Shown here: one piece after another, positions 1-8,649 of the stretch
Numbering within the stretch: position 1 is the first letter of the stretch
Layout: each line of letters opens with the position of its first letter
Origin: an uncultured Dehalococcoidaceae bacterium
Lineage (GTDB): Bacteria; Chloroflexota; Dehalococcoidia; Dehalococcoidales; RBG-16-60-22
Direction of reading: 5' to 3'
NCBI GenBank assembly: GCA_964493435.1
Contig: CAZBMB010000004.1
Coordinates: 66,719-130,718 of the forward strand
DNA length: 64,000 nt
Program-made: the position numbers and the translations under genes
The notes under the pieces: model-generated
What the model saw: the letters and a program-made list of their open reading frames with translations, nothing else
The model's database searches: none
Told to the model about the DNA's origin: nothing

Positions 1-468
1 CGTCTTTTTGGCCACTGTTTCCATTGAGGCGACATCCGAACCACGATTCGGCTCGGTCAGGCCAAAACAGCCCACCTTTTCCCCCCGGGCAATCAGCGGC
101 AGCCATTTCTTCTTCTGCGCCTCGGAACCGTAGCGCCATATGGGGTACATCACCAGCCCCGACTCCACCGCGATGAATGTTCTCAGAGCGCTGTCCACTC
201 TTTCCACTTCCTGGCATATCAGCCCGAAGGTGACATAGCTCGCCCCCGCGCACCCGTATTCCTCAGGGATAAAAGCGCCAATCATGCCCAGTTCTCCCAT
301 CTTGGGCGCGATTTTCTCCAGGTCAAGCGGCTTCTCTTCATGGAAGGCATCTACTACCAGCGGTTCTACTTCATTCTCCAAGAATTCCCGGGCCATCGTC
401 CGGGCCATCTTCTCCTCTTCGGAGAGCAAATCATCAATCTGATAATAGTCAACTCCCTGGAATTTCAT
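1..468 (-). CDS. acyl-CoA dehydrogenase, glutaryl-CoA-dehydrogenase-like (first 156 codons; gene runs off the left edge)
   Basis: Absent from the ORF track because it is open at the window edge. My minus-strand translation from the ATG at 466-468 reads MKFQGVDYYQIDDLLSEEEKMARTMAREFLENEVEPLVVDAFHEEK...GCFGLTEPNRGSDVASMETVAKK. The D-x-LL-x-EE N-terminus and GCFGLTEPNxGSD are typical of glutaryl-CoA-dehydrogenase-type ACADs. It starts 14 nt after the stop of the preceding same-strand gene. Confidence 0.75.
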   Translation of the reverse strand, partial: MKFQGVDYYQIDDLLSEEEKMARTMAREFLENEVEPLVVDAFHEEKPLDLEKIAPKMGELGMIGAFIPEEYGCAGASYVTFGLICQEVERVDSALRTFIAVESGLVMYPIWRYGSEAQKKKWLPLIARGEKVGCFGLTEPNRGSDVASMETVAKKT

Positions 469-482
469 TTCCGTTCACCTCT

Positions 483-1505
483 TCATGCAGACTGCTTGCC
501 CCACCTCTGCTGAAACTTATCCTTTACCTCGGTATTAATCAGCCACTGCGGCCACTCACCATTTACCATCCGGGCAATCTCTTCAAAGGGTCGCTTTCGG
601 AGCCTGTCCAGTGCTTCTTCAGAATAATAGGCGGTATGCGGGGTGATGATGACGTTGTCCAGCTTGAGCATGGGGTGGTCCGATGGCATAATTTCTCCCT
701 GTATCACATCCAGCGCGGCACCGGTGATCTCTCCGCGGGTGATGGCATCATGTAACGCTTCCTCGTCGATGAACTCACCGCGGGCGCAGTTAATGACGTA
801 TGCGGTCGGTTTCATCTTCTGGAACTGCTCGGCGCCGAGCATATACCTGGCATCTGAGGTGAAGGCAGCATGCACCGATATGAAATCAGAGTTGTCTATA
901 AGGTAATCCAGTGCCACCGCTTCTGCGCCACACTCTTTGAAAACGCTGGCAGGGATATAAGGGTCATAAGCAATCACCCGCATGTCAAACCCCTTCGCCT
1001 TGGGGACGAGCTTACGACCTATCCTGCCCAGGCCGATAATGCCCAGCGTCTTCCCCCTGACCGGGAGCATGGGCGGCAGAATATTAAATCGTATCTCCCG
1101 CTTCTCATATGACTCCCATTTCCCCTCTCTCACCGCCCGGTCCAGACGCACCAGCTTGCGGGCGCAGGCCAGAATAAGCGCCATGGCATGCTCGGCAACC
1201 TCCTCGCTGCAGTAGGCATCAGGGTAAGAAACGCAGATGCCATGCTCGGTGGCCGCTTCCAGGTCAATCGTTTCATAGCCGGTGCCGATGTTGTAAATCA
1301 GCCGGCACTGCTCCAGCTGTTTAATTACTTTTCTGGTAAACGGTTTATTAAAGGTGAGGATAAAATCGGCATCTCTGGCCGCGTCTACTATATCCTCTTC
1401 ATCCTTGCACGGTTTTGTAATAAATTCCGCCCCGATTTTCCGGTAATCGGCCTCATCATGCGGGATGAGCGGGTGAGGCACCACCATGACTACTTTTGCC
1501 GTCAT
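483..1505 (-). CDS. D-isomer-specific 2-hydroxyacid dehydrogenase (CtBP/PGDH-like), paralog 1
   Basis: 340 aa. NAD-binding GIIGLGRIGRKL...AYDPY, catalytic NCARGEFID and ITPHTAYYS motifs. GGAGG lies just upstream of the ATG. Confidence 0.85.
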   Translation of the reverse strand: MTAKVVMVVPHPLIPHDEADYRKIGAEFITKPCKDEEDIVDAARDADFILTFNKPFTRKVIKQLEQCRLIYNIGTGYETIDLEAATEHGICVSYPDAYCSEEVAEHAMALILACARKLVRLDRAVREGKWESYEKREIRFNILPPMLPVRGKTLGIIGLGRIGRKLVPKAKGFDMRVIAYDPYIPASVFKECGAEAVALDYLIDNSDFISVHAAFTSDARYMLGAEQFQKMKPTAYVINCARGEFIDEEALHDAITRGEITGAALDVIQGEIMPSDHPMLKLDNVIITPHTAYYSEEALDRLRKRPFEEIARMVNGEWPQWLINTEVKDKFQQRWGKQSA

Positions 1506-1516
1506 TTCACCTCCAG

Positions 1517-1726
1517 CTATTTTTCCAGCTCCATCTTAATTGCCTCTTTGGGGCAAAAAGCCTCGCAGATGCCGCAGCCTTTGCAGAAATCAAGGTCAAT
1601 CTGAATCTGGCCCTTTTTCTCATTCAGGGTCATGGCCAAGTCAGGGCAGAGAAGGCGGCACATGCGGCAATGATTGCACTTCTTATGGTTAACCACCGGT
1701 TTATGCGTTCTGCCTTCTACCGGCAT
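1517..1726 (-). CDS. 2-oxoacid:ferredoxin oxidoreductase delta subunit (2x[4Fe-4S] ferredoxin)
   Basis: 69 aa with two cluster motifs, CNHCRMCRLLCP and CKGCGICEAFCP. It sits directly after the gamma subunit. RBS-like GGAAAGGTGA upstream. Confidence 0.8.
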   Translation of the reverse strand: MPVEGRTHKPVVNHKKCNHCRMCRLLCPDLAMTLNEKKGQIQIDLDFCKGCGICEAFCPKEAIKMELEK

Positions 1727-1757
1727 GCCAGCTTATCACCTTTCCTCATATCGCTCG

Positions 1758-2306
1758 CTAATCGGACTTCGCGCTGCCCAGCCTGAAACCCGCCTCCACA
1801 GCTTTTAAATCCAGCTCCCTGAGCCTTGCCGCCACCGTCTCGGTGACCGCTGAGCACAGTGCATCTTTCGTTACCAGTCCGGTAATCTCCACCGCCGCCC
1901 CCAGCACGACCATGTTGGCCACGATTTCGCTCTTCAGTTCTTCTATGGCTGTCCTTGTCGCCGGAATGGGCACCTTCTTCAGGCCATCAACCCCGCCCGG
2001 AGAGACGAAGTGTTCATCGTAAATGACGATGCCCCCCTCACTCTTTACCTGCCCGATATATTTGTCGTAGGCTGTCTGATACATGGCAATCAGAACATCA
2101 ACCTCAATGACGTAAGGGAAGCTTATCGGCTGGTCAGAGATGATCACCTCGGCCCGGCAGGCACCGCCTCTCGAAGCCGCGCCGTACGAATTGGTGCCGC
2201 TCACCCACCTGCCATCATTGAAGGCGGCTCGCCCCAGGATAGCGCCGGCGAGGACGATTCCCTGCCCGCCATAGCCACAGATTACTGTCTGTTTAATCTG
2301 ACCCAC
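1758..2306 (-). CDS. 2-oxoacid:ferredoxin oxidoreductase gamma subunit
   Basis: 182 aa. N-terminal GYGGQGIVLAGAILG is typical of POR/KOR gamma subunits. The gene abuts the beta-subunit gene. Confidence 0.85.
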   Translation of the reverse strand: MGQIKQTVICGYGGQGIVLAGAILGRAAFNDGRWVSGTNSYGAASRGGACRAEVIISDQPISFPYVIEVDVLIAMYQTAYDKYIGQVKSEGGIVIYDEHFVSPGGVDGLKKVPIPATRTAIEELKSEIVANMVVLGAAVEITGLVTKDALCSAVTETVAARLRELDLKAVEAGFRLGSAKSD

Positions 2307-3059
2307 CTATAGTTCTCCGGTAATTATTTTGTCCTTTAATTCTTCGGGAGGCAGCGTCGCTGCTTTTTCCTCGGAAACACATCTGGACATCAGGTCCTTG
2401 AGCATGTCCGCTGGCTTGCCCAGCCTGTTCCGGCGACCGAACTGCACCGGGCAGGGTGTAACTGCCTCAATAAAGGCAAAACCTTCTGTCTGCAGGGCTT
2501 TCTTGATGCCCCGTATCATCGCCACGGGCTGGGTGACAGCATAGCGCGCCACGTAAACGGCGCCGGCCGCCTTCACCAGTCGGCAGAGGTCAAAAGGACG
2601 GAAAGGATTGCCCTGATGGGTGGTCATGGTAAGGGCCCCTTCCGGCGTGGTGGCGCAGACCTGCCCGCCCGTCATGCCGTAGTTCTGGTTATTGGCGCAG
2701 ATGACGGTCATATCCATGTTCCGGCGTGCGCCGTGAATAAGGTGGTTCCCGCCGATATCGGCAAGGTCGCCGTCACCGCTTATCACCATCACCTTCAGCT
2801 TCGGGTTGACCATCTTGGCACCGGTGGCGAAGGCGATGGTCCGACCGTGCAGCGTGTGCAGCGTATCGGCATAAAAATAAGGGCTCGGTATCCAGGCGGC
2901 ACAGCCTATGCCCGAGACGAACAGCATCTCGTCCATATTCAGCTTGAGCTCGTCAATGGCGCGTAAAATGAGCCCCTGTAAAATCGCCTCGCCGCAGCCG
3001 GGGCAATAGGTGGTGACCCCGATGCCGGGACGCAGGTATTTTTCCAGTTCCCTGACCAC
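2307..3059 (-). CDS. 2-oxoacid:ferredoxin oxidoreductase beta subunit (TPP-binding)
   Basis: 250 aa. YCPGCGE near the N-terminus and the TPP motif ISGDGDLADIGGNHLIHGARRN. Confidence 0.9.
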   Translation of the reverse strand: MVRELEKYLRPGIGVTTYCPGCGEAILQGLILRAIDELKLNMDEMLFVSGIGCAAWIPSPYFYADTLHTLHGRTIAFATGAKMVNPKLKVMVISGDGDLADIGGNHLIHGARRNMDMTVICANNQNYGMTGGQVCATTPEGALTMTTHQGNPFRPFDLCRLVKAAGAVYVARYAVTQPVAMIRGIKKALQTEGFAFIEAVTPCPVQFGRRNRLGKPADMLKDLMSRCVSEEKAATLPPEELKDKIITGEL

Positions 3060-4201
3060 TACACCAGCCTCCTCAACTGCTCCATAATCGTATGCGGGTG
3101 TATGATTTCGCCGTTGACCTGACCGTAAGGTATCACGTCGCAGGCTGCGTACTTTTTGACCTCGCCGGCCACCTGGCCCATGTTCATCTCCGGGACCAGA
3201 ATTTTGCCCGCCCGGGAACCAATATCTTTAATTAATTCAGAAGCAAAGGGCCAGAGCGTTTTCAGGCGCAGCACGCCGATCTTTTTTGTCTCCTCGCGCA
3301 ACTGTTCCACGGCAAACAGGGCACTCCTGGCGGTGAAGCCATAACATATTACCACCACTTCAGCATCATCCAGATAGTAATTATCATATTGAATTATTTC
3401 CCGGCTGCGGTTCAATATTTTTTTATGCAGCCTGGTCATCAGTCTCTGGTGAACCTGGGGATGGGTTATTTTCCTCACCCCCCATTCATCATGGGTGGAG
3501 CCGGTGATAAGCAATTTTTCGCCGTCACCGAAGGCAGGCATTGGTGGTATGCCATCCTCCTCCTCTGTGCCGAACGGCGGCGCGCCTGGCTTTTTCTCTC
3601 GATTATATAATTCCACCTCTGCACTGACATCCATGCGTTCATGCAGGTGGGCAGTTGCCTCCTCAGCCATGACGAATACCGGTACCCGAAAACGCTCGGC
3701 AAGGTTGAAGGCGTTGATGGTCTGGTCGTACAATTCCCGCACCGACCAGGGCGATAGAGCGATGGGCTGATAATCCCCGTGCGAGCCCCATTTGGCCTGC
3801 ATGATGTCGCCGCTGCCCACGCGGGTTGCCTGCCCGGTACTGGGTCCAGACCGCTGCGCATCAACGATAACCAGTGGTGTCTCGGTAAATACAGCGTAGC
3901 CGATTGCTTCCTGCATCAGGCTAAAACCGGGTCCGGAGGTAATGGTCATCGCCTTTGCCCCCGCCCATGATGCTCCGATACAGGAACAGATAGAGGCAAT
4001 CTCATCTTCCATTTGCATGAACACCGCCCCCATCTCACCAAACCGGATGGAAAGTCTCTCCAGCGTTTCGGTGGCCGGTGTAATCGGATAGCCGGCACAG
4101 TAGCCGCACCTTGCCGCGATGGCACCCTCGGCCACCGCCTCATCGCCGGAGAAATAATAGCTTCCGGGAGGAAGTACGCTGCTTAATTTCTGCTTGCCCA
4201 A
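3059..4201 (-). CDS. 2-oxoacid:ferredoxin oxidoreductase alpha subunit
   Basis: 380 aa. GDEAVAEGAIAARCGYCAGYPITPATE and the pyrimidine-binding domain pattern. One-nucleotide overlap with the beta-subunit gene. Confidence 0.9.
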   Translation of the reverse strand: MGKQKLSSVLPPGSYYFSGDEAVAEGAIAARCGYCAGYPITPATETLERLSIRFGEMGAVFMQMEDEIASICSCIGASWAGAKAMTITSGPGFSLMQEAIGYAVFTETPLVIVDAQRSGPSTGQATRVGSGDIMQAKWGSHGDYQPIALSPWSVRELYDQTINAFNLAERFRVPVFVMAEEATAHLHERMDVSAEVELYNREKKPGAPPFGTEEEDGIPPMPAFGDGEKLLITGSTHDEWGVRKITHPQVHQRLMTRLHKKILNRSREIIQYDNYYLDDAEVVVICYGFTARSALFAVEQLREETKKIGVLRLKTLWPFASELIKDIGSRAGKILVPEMNMGQVAGEVKKYAACDVIPYGQVNGEIIHPHTIMEQLRRLV

Positions 4202-4270
4202 ATAGCCAGCCTCGCTACATGCTGAAACTACGCACCAGCCAACATTTTACATCAGAACCATATGGTTTGG

Positions 4271-5077
4271 CTAACCCGACTTCAGGACAGCGTCAACATC
4301 TTCCTGAGCGCTGACTTCCCACAAAATGCCATTCTTTACGACGTACTTCCAGCTCAGTTTATCGCTGTTGGCCAGGTCAGCCGGCGTCGTTGACAGGAGC
4401 GCATCTTCACTGTCATCCTGCCTGACTTCAGGGTTGAAGATAACATCTTGCAGCTTCTGGCCATCGGTCTCATCAGTCTCCCCCATCACTTTTGCCACCC
4501 CTCGATAGTACGCCCACTGAACAAAACCGCTGCAGATGTAGGCGTTTACATCCAGTTTCCTGACAATTCTCGGCATCCTTGCCCTCCTCCGCGCCGGGTC
4601 TTTCCGACGCAGCCAGGGGAAAATAACCGCCAGGACAAGCTGACGCATTATTTTGCGGGCGATGTCCACAATGAGCCGGTGGTCATATTTGTCATCTATC
4701 TCCTCCAGAGCAAAGCCCCTCACCCTTCGCCGGAACCTTAGCCCAGTGTCGTCGCGGTCATTCTGAAACCAGTCCTTTTCCAGTCGCTTGATGCCGACGT
4801 CGTACTTCTTCGGGTGCTCAAAATAGTGCCCGATGTTATGTATGTCTATCCCGGCACCCCCGGATTCAATGATAAAGGTGCCATCATAGCCCAGTTCCGG
4901 ATTCCTGATGACATAGACCATGGCAGCGTGATTCCAGTAGCTTTTCGTACCGAAGCGGATTAGCCAGCCCAGCAGGCTGCCCTTGGAGCGCGTGACCAGG
5001 ATATCGGCGCGTTTCAGCTTCCCATTGGCTACCAGCTCCAGCATAGCGCTATCCGATAATCTCACCGAGTCGTTCAT
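4271..5077 (-). CDS. permuted papain-fold (YiiX / Peptidase_C92-like, NlpC/P60 superfamily) hydrolase, function unknown
   Basis: 268 aa. ADILVTRSKGSLLGWLIRFGTKSYWNHAAMVY places the His first, and YICSGFVQWAYY supplies a later Cys. This is the permuted His-then-Cys order of the family. The call is by motif only. Confidence 0.5.
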   Translation of the reverse strand: MNDSVRLSDSAMLELVANGKLKRADILVTRSKGSLLGWLIRFGTKSYWNHAAMVYVIRNPELGYDGTFIIESGGAGIDIHNIGHYFEHPKKYDVGIKRLEKDWFQNDRDDTGLRFRRRVRGFALEEIDDKYDHRLIVDIARKIMRQLVLAVIFPWLRRKDPARRRARMPRIVRKLDVNAYICSGFVQWAYYRGVAKVMGETDETDGQKLQDVIFNPEVRQDDSEDALLSTTPADLANSDKLSWKYVVKNGILWEVSAQEDVDAVLKSG

Positions 5078-5146
5078 ATTTCACCTCAGCCAGATATTTT
5101 CCTCTGCCGCATTCTAACCATGTATGAAAGGAGATTCAACTTTGAT

Positions 5147-5175
5147 TTGACACAACCTGCTATGTGGGCTAAATT
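5147..5175 (+). promoter_or_regulatory. candidate sigma70-type promoter for the formyltransferase gene
   Basis: TTGACA (5147-5152), a 17-nt spacer, then TAAATT (5170-5175), about 30 nt upstream of the ATG at 5208. Sequence match only. Confidence 0.3.
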
Positions 5176-5207
5176 ATGGTCTGGCGCTTCATGGTAGGAG
5201 ATGGTAA

Positions 5208-6119
5208 ATGCGCATAGTTTTAATCGGTCAGGCAGCCTTCGCCGAGAAAACGCTGGCAGCACTTCTTGATATGGGGGAGGTGGTGGTCGGCGTTTACACC
5301 CCTCCCGATATCCCCGGCAGAGAAAATCCACTTAAAACACGGGCGCTTGAGCTTGGTGTGCCAGCCTTTCAACCGGAAAAGATGCGCGCTCCGGGGGTTT
5401 ACGAGGATTACGCTAAATTAAAACCGGACTTGAACGTAATGGCTTTCGTTACCGATATCGTGCCCGAGTCCATCCTGAACCACCCCGAACTGGGCACCAT
5501 ACAGTACCACCCGTCGCTGCTGCCCAGGCATCGAGGTGGCAGTGCCATCAACTGGGCGGTCATCAACGGTGAAAGCCAGACCGGCCTGACCATTTTCTGG
5601 CCGGATAAAGGCATTGACACCGGCCCCATCCTGCTGCAGAAAGAGGTTGACATTGACCCCGACGATACGGTGGGCTCGCTTTATTTCAACAAGCTTTTCC
5701 CGCTGGGCATTGAGGCCATAAAAGAAAGCGTTGCGCTCATCCGGCAGGGCAAGGCTCCCCGTATTCCACAGGACGATTCGCAGGCCACCTATGAAGGCCT
5801 GTGCACGCAGGCGGTTATAGACTGGAACGAGCCAGCCGATAAAATTTACAACCTCATCCGCGGCACCAATCCCCAGCCGGGAGCCACCACCGGTTATGGC
5901 AACACAATGTTTAAGATTTTCGATTCAGAACTGCACACCGGCGATGCGAAAGGTTCGCCGGGTGAAGTAATTGGAATCACCGAATCGGGATTTCTGGCGG
6001 CGGCGCCGGGTGGCGCCATACTCATCAAGCGCGTACAGCCAAAAGGTTCGCCAAAGATAGCCGCCGCCGAATTTATAGCCCGGTCAGGTCTTACCGCAGG
6101 TGTCCATTTAGGTAAATAA
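5208..6119 (+). CDS. formyltransferase-family protein resembling the N-terminal hydrolase domain of 10-formyltetrahydrofolate dehydrogenase (Fmt-like fold)
   Basis: 303 aa. MRIVLIGQAAFAEK..., YHPSLLPRHRGGSAINWAVINGE and DKGIDTGPILLQKEV closely parallel the FDH N-domain and Fmt catalytic His/Asp motifs. No ALDH domain follows. Confidence 0.85.
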   Translation: MRIVLIGQAAFAEKTLAALLDMGEVVVGVYTPPDIPGRENPLKTRALELGVPAFQPEKMRAPGVYEDYAKLKPDLNVMAFVTDIVPESILNHPELGTIQYHPSLLPRHRGGSAINWAVINGESQTGLTIFWPDKGIDTGPILLQKEVDIDPDDTVGSLYFNKLFPLGIEAIKESVALIRQGKAPRIPQDDSQATYEGLCTQAVIDWNEPADKIYNLIRGTNPQPGATTGYGNTMFKIFDSELHTGDAKGSPGEVIGITESGFLAAAPGGAILIKRVQPKGSPKIAAAEFIARSGLTAGVHLGK

Positions 6120-6159
6120 TTTTGTCATTATTTTTTAACGGGAGTATAATGGCACGGAA

Positions 6160-6393
6160 ATGGTAAAAGGTTACTTGCTGATAAAGCTGGTCCCCGGCCT
6201 GGAGTCTGACGCTCTTTCGCAGATTCGCTCCATCCCCGGTGTGTCCGAAGTCAACCTCGTTTTCGGGCAATGGGACGCCATCGCCACCACCGAGGCGAAG
6301 AGCCTTTTCGAACTTTCCCGAATCATCGTCCGTGAAATTCGCGGCATCCAGGGCGTCCAGGAAACGGCAACACTGGTACAGGGCGAGCTGTAA
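6160..6393 (+). CDS. stand-alone Lrp/AsnC-type ligand-binding (RAM) domain protein
   Basis: 77 aa. The pattern YLLIKLVPG...IPGVSEVNLVFGQWDAIATTEA...IRGIQGVQETATLV matches a small RAM-domain protein. Confidence 0.6.
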   Translation: MVKGYLLIKLVPGLESDALSQIRSIPGVSEVNLVFGQWDAIATTEAKSLFELSRIIVREIRGIQGVQETATLVQGEL

Positions 6394-6457
6394 AAAAAGT
6401 CAGGCCGGAACGACACAAACTCATCAAAATTAATATCGCGGGGAGGTTGTTTTTAAA

Positions 6458-7633
6458 ATGACAGAACGGGAACGCTTTAAAGCTATCTGCCGCGGGGAGA
6501 GACTGGGCGATTTCATGGTTATGGACTGGTTCCACCGCTGCTGGGCGGACACGCTTGAGGAATGGATTAAGCAGGGTGCCCCGGAGTCAATCAGAACGCA
6601 GGAAGGATTGAATGAATATTTTGGATTTGAGCATCTTCACGGCCTGCAGGAGGTCATCTCGGAACACAACCGCTCCGATTTGAAAAAAATTGCTTCCGCC
6701 CAGAGCTTTGGTTTTTACCACGTGACCCCGCCAGTAATGCCCGTATTTGAAATCAAGGTGCTTAGAGAGGACGAGCGTCACCGGGTGGAAACAACTTTCG
6801 GCGGCTCGGTGGTGGAGGTCTCCAAGGAGCACCCCTGGCGCATGCCCAGATACCTGGAACGTCCGGTCAAGGACAGGTCCACCTGGAACGAATACAAAAA
6901 GCGCCTTGACCCGCATACGCCGGAACGCTGGCCCTCCCCCTGGAAAGAGTACGTGGCAAACCGCAACCGTGAGGATGTCCCCACCATGCTTCTTCTGGAA
7001 GGCTTCTTCGGCGTGCTGCGTGAGTGGACCGGGATGGAGCAGCTGCTCTACCTGTTTTATGATGACCCCAATCTCGTTGAGGATATGATGGACCAGGTGC
7101 TCTACCTGGATATGGAGATGGCCAAGGGCGTGCTCAAAGACATGAAAATAGACTGTGCCCGTTTCTGGGAGGACATGGCTTATAAGAGCGGCCCATTGAT
7201 TTCGCCGGACATGTTCCGCAAGTTTGAGATGCCGCGCTACCGCCAGGTAACCGATTTTCTGCGCAGTCAGGGGGTGGATATCCTCCACGTGGACAGCGAC
7301 GGCAATATCGATGAGCTGATACCGCTCTGGATGGAGGTCGGGATTAACTTCCCCTGGCCGCTGGAGGTGGCTTCCGGGATGGACGGCATTGCCTGGAGAA
7401 AGAAATATGGCAAAGACATCATCATCGGCGGCAATATTGACAAGCGGGTATTTGCCAAAGGTAAGGATGCCATCAAGGCAGAGGTCATGTCCAAAGTCCC
7501 GTACCTTGTGGAGACCGGCGGTTACTTCCCTTGCCTTGACCATGTCATCCCACCGGATGTGCCTCTGGAAGGCTTCCGTTACTATATCAACCTGCTTAGA
7601 GAGATAGCCGGCAAGGATAAATTACCAACATAA
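6458..7633 (+). CDS. uroporphyrinogen-decarboxylase (URO-D) family protein (MtaA/CmuA-like fold)
   Basis: 391 aa. FWEDMAYKSGPLISPDMFRKFEMPRYRQVTDFLRSQGVDILHVDSDGNIDELIPLWMEVGIN is typical of URO-D-like TIM barrels. Confidence 0.8.
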   Translation: MTERERFKAICRGERLGDFMVMDWFHRCWADTLEEWIKQGAPESIRTQEGLNEYFGFEHLHGLQEVISEHNRSDLKKIASAQSFGFYHVTPPVMPVFEIKVLREDERHRVETTFGGSVVEVSKEHPWRMPRYLERPVKDRSTWNEYKKRLDPHTPERWPSPWKEYVANRNREDVPTMLLLEGFFGVLREWTGMEQLLYLFYDDPNLVEDMMDQVLYLDMEMAKGVLKDMKIDCARFWEDMAYKSGPLISPDMFRKFEMPRYRQVTDFLRSQGVDILHVDSDGNIDELIPLWMEVGINFPWPLEVASGMDGIAWRKKYGKDIIIGGNIDKRVFAKGKDAIKAEVMSKVPYLVETGGYFPCLDHVIPPDVPLEGFRYYINLLREIAGKDKLPT

Positions 7634-7672
7634 GTGGCTGGCGATGAGAACAGGGAGGAGGTGTAGCCGAGT

Positions 7673-8641
7673 ATGTCAATTCTAATCACCGGGGGCATGG
7701 GTTTTATCGGCATCGGGCTGGCTCATGAGCTGGTCGCCAAGGGGCAGGATGTTGTCTTATTTGATATTGTCACCAGGCCGGAACGCATAGCCGATATCAA
7801 GGACAACGTCAAAATCATCCAGGGCGACCTCAAAGTCTGGCCTGAGGTGATGAATGTGGTTAAAGATAATAAGGTTGAAGACATTTTTCACCTCGGCGCC
7901 ATGCTCAGTGTCCCCTCGGAGAGAAATCCCTGGGGCTCCTTCCAGACCAACGTTGCGGGCTTCATGCACGTGATGGAGGCGGCCCGGCTTTTCGGGGTCA
8001 AGAAGGTCGTCTTTCCCAGCAGCGTTGCCTCCTACGGCCTGGATACGGGTGAGGTCGTCACCGATGTCACCCTGCAACGACCGGTAACCATATATGGTGC
8101 AAGCAAAGTATACGGTGAGCTTCTGGGCAGATTCTACCGCCGTAGATTCGACATTGACTTTCGCAGCCTGCGCTATGGTGGGGTCATCGGGCCGGGGGTG
8201 AAGACGCCGGGAATCGCCCAGTTCTATTCCTGGATGATTGAAAACGCAGTCCTTGGCAAACCGTTTGAGTGCTTCGTCACCGAAGATACCGCCAATCCGG
8301 TAACCTATTTCAAAGACGCCATCCGCGCCACATTGCAACTGTATGAAGCGCCCCGGGAGAATATCAAAACGGTCTGTTATAACATCAACGAGTTTTCGCC
8401 ATCGCCCACGGCTAAGGAACTGGAACTCACCATCATGAAATTCATCCCTGATGTCAAAGTCACCTATAAGCCAGACCCGGTGGTCATGGCATTCCATAAG
8501 AACCAGACGATGAAGGAGATTGAGGACAGCCGGGCGCGGGAGGAGTGGGGCTGGGGGCCACTGTTCAGTAAATTAGAAGACATGGTGGCCGATTTCATCA
8601 ACGAGGTGCGCACCAGGCCAGCATATTACGGATTGACCTGA
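7673..8641 (+). CDS. NAD-dependent epimerase/dehydratase (extended SDR; short-chain L-threonine-3-dehydrogenase-like)
   Basis: 322 aa. ILITGGMGFIGIGLA Rossmann motif and the YGASK catalytic Y-x3-K. Confidence 0.85.
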   Translation: MSILITGGMGFIGIGLAHELVAKGQDVVLFDIVTRPERIADIKDNVKIIQGDLKVWPEVMNVVKDNKVEDIFHLGAMLSVPSERNPWGSFQTNVAGFMHVMEAARLFGVKKVVFPSSVASYGLDTGEVVTDVTLQRPVTIYGASKVYGELLGRFYRRRFDIDFRSLRYGGVIGPGVKTPGIAQFYSWMIENAVLGKPFECFVTEDTANPVTYFKDAIRATLQLYEAPRENIKTVCYNINEFSPSPTAKELELTIMKFIPDVKVTYKPDPVVMAFHKNQTMKEIEDSRAREEWGWGPLFSKLEDMVADFINEVRTRPAYYGLT

Positions 8642-8649
8642 AATATTGA

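Noticed and set aside
6587-7543. 318-aa minus-strand ORF
   Set aside because: It is entirely antisense to the URO-D-family gene, which has clear family motifs. The translation is His/Leu/Val-rich with no motifs, as expected for a shadow ORF in GC-rich coding DNA.
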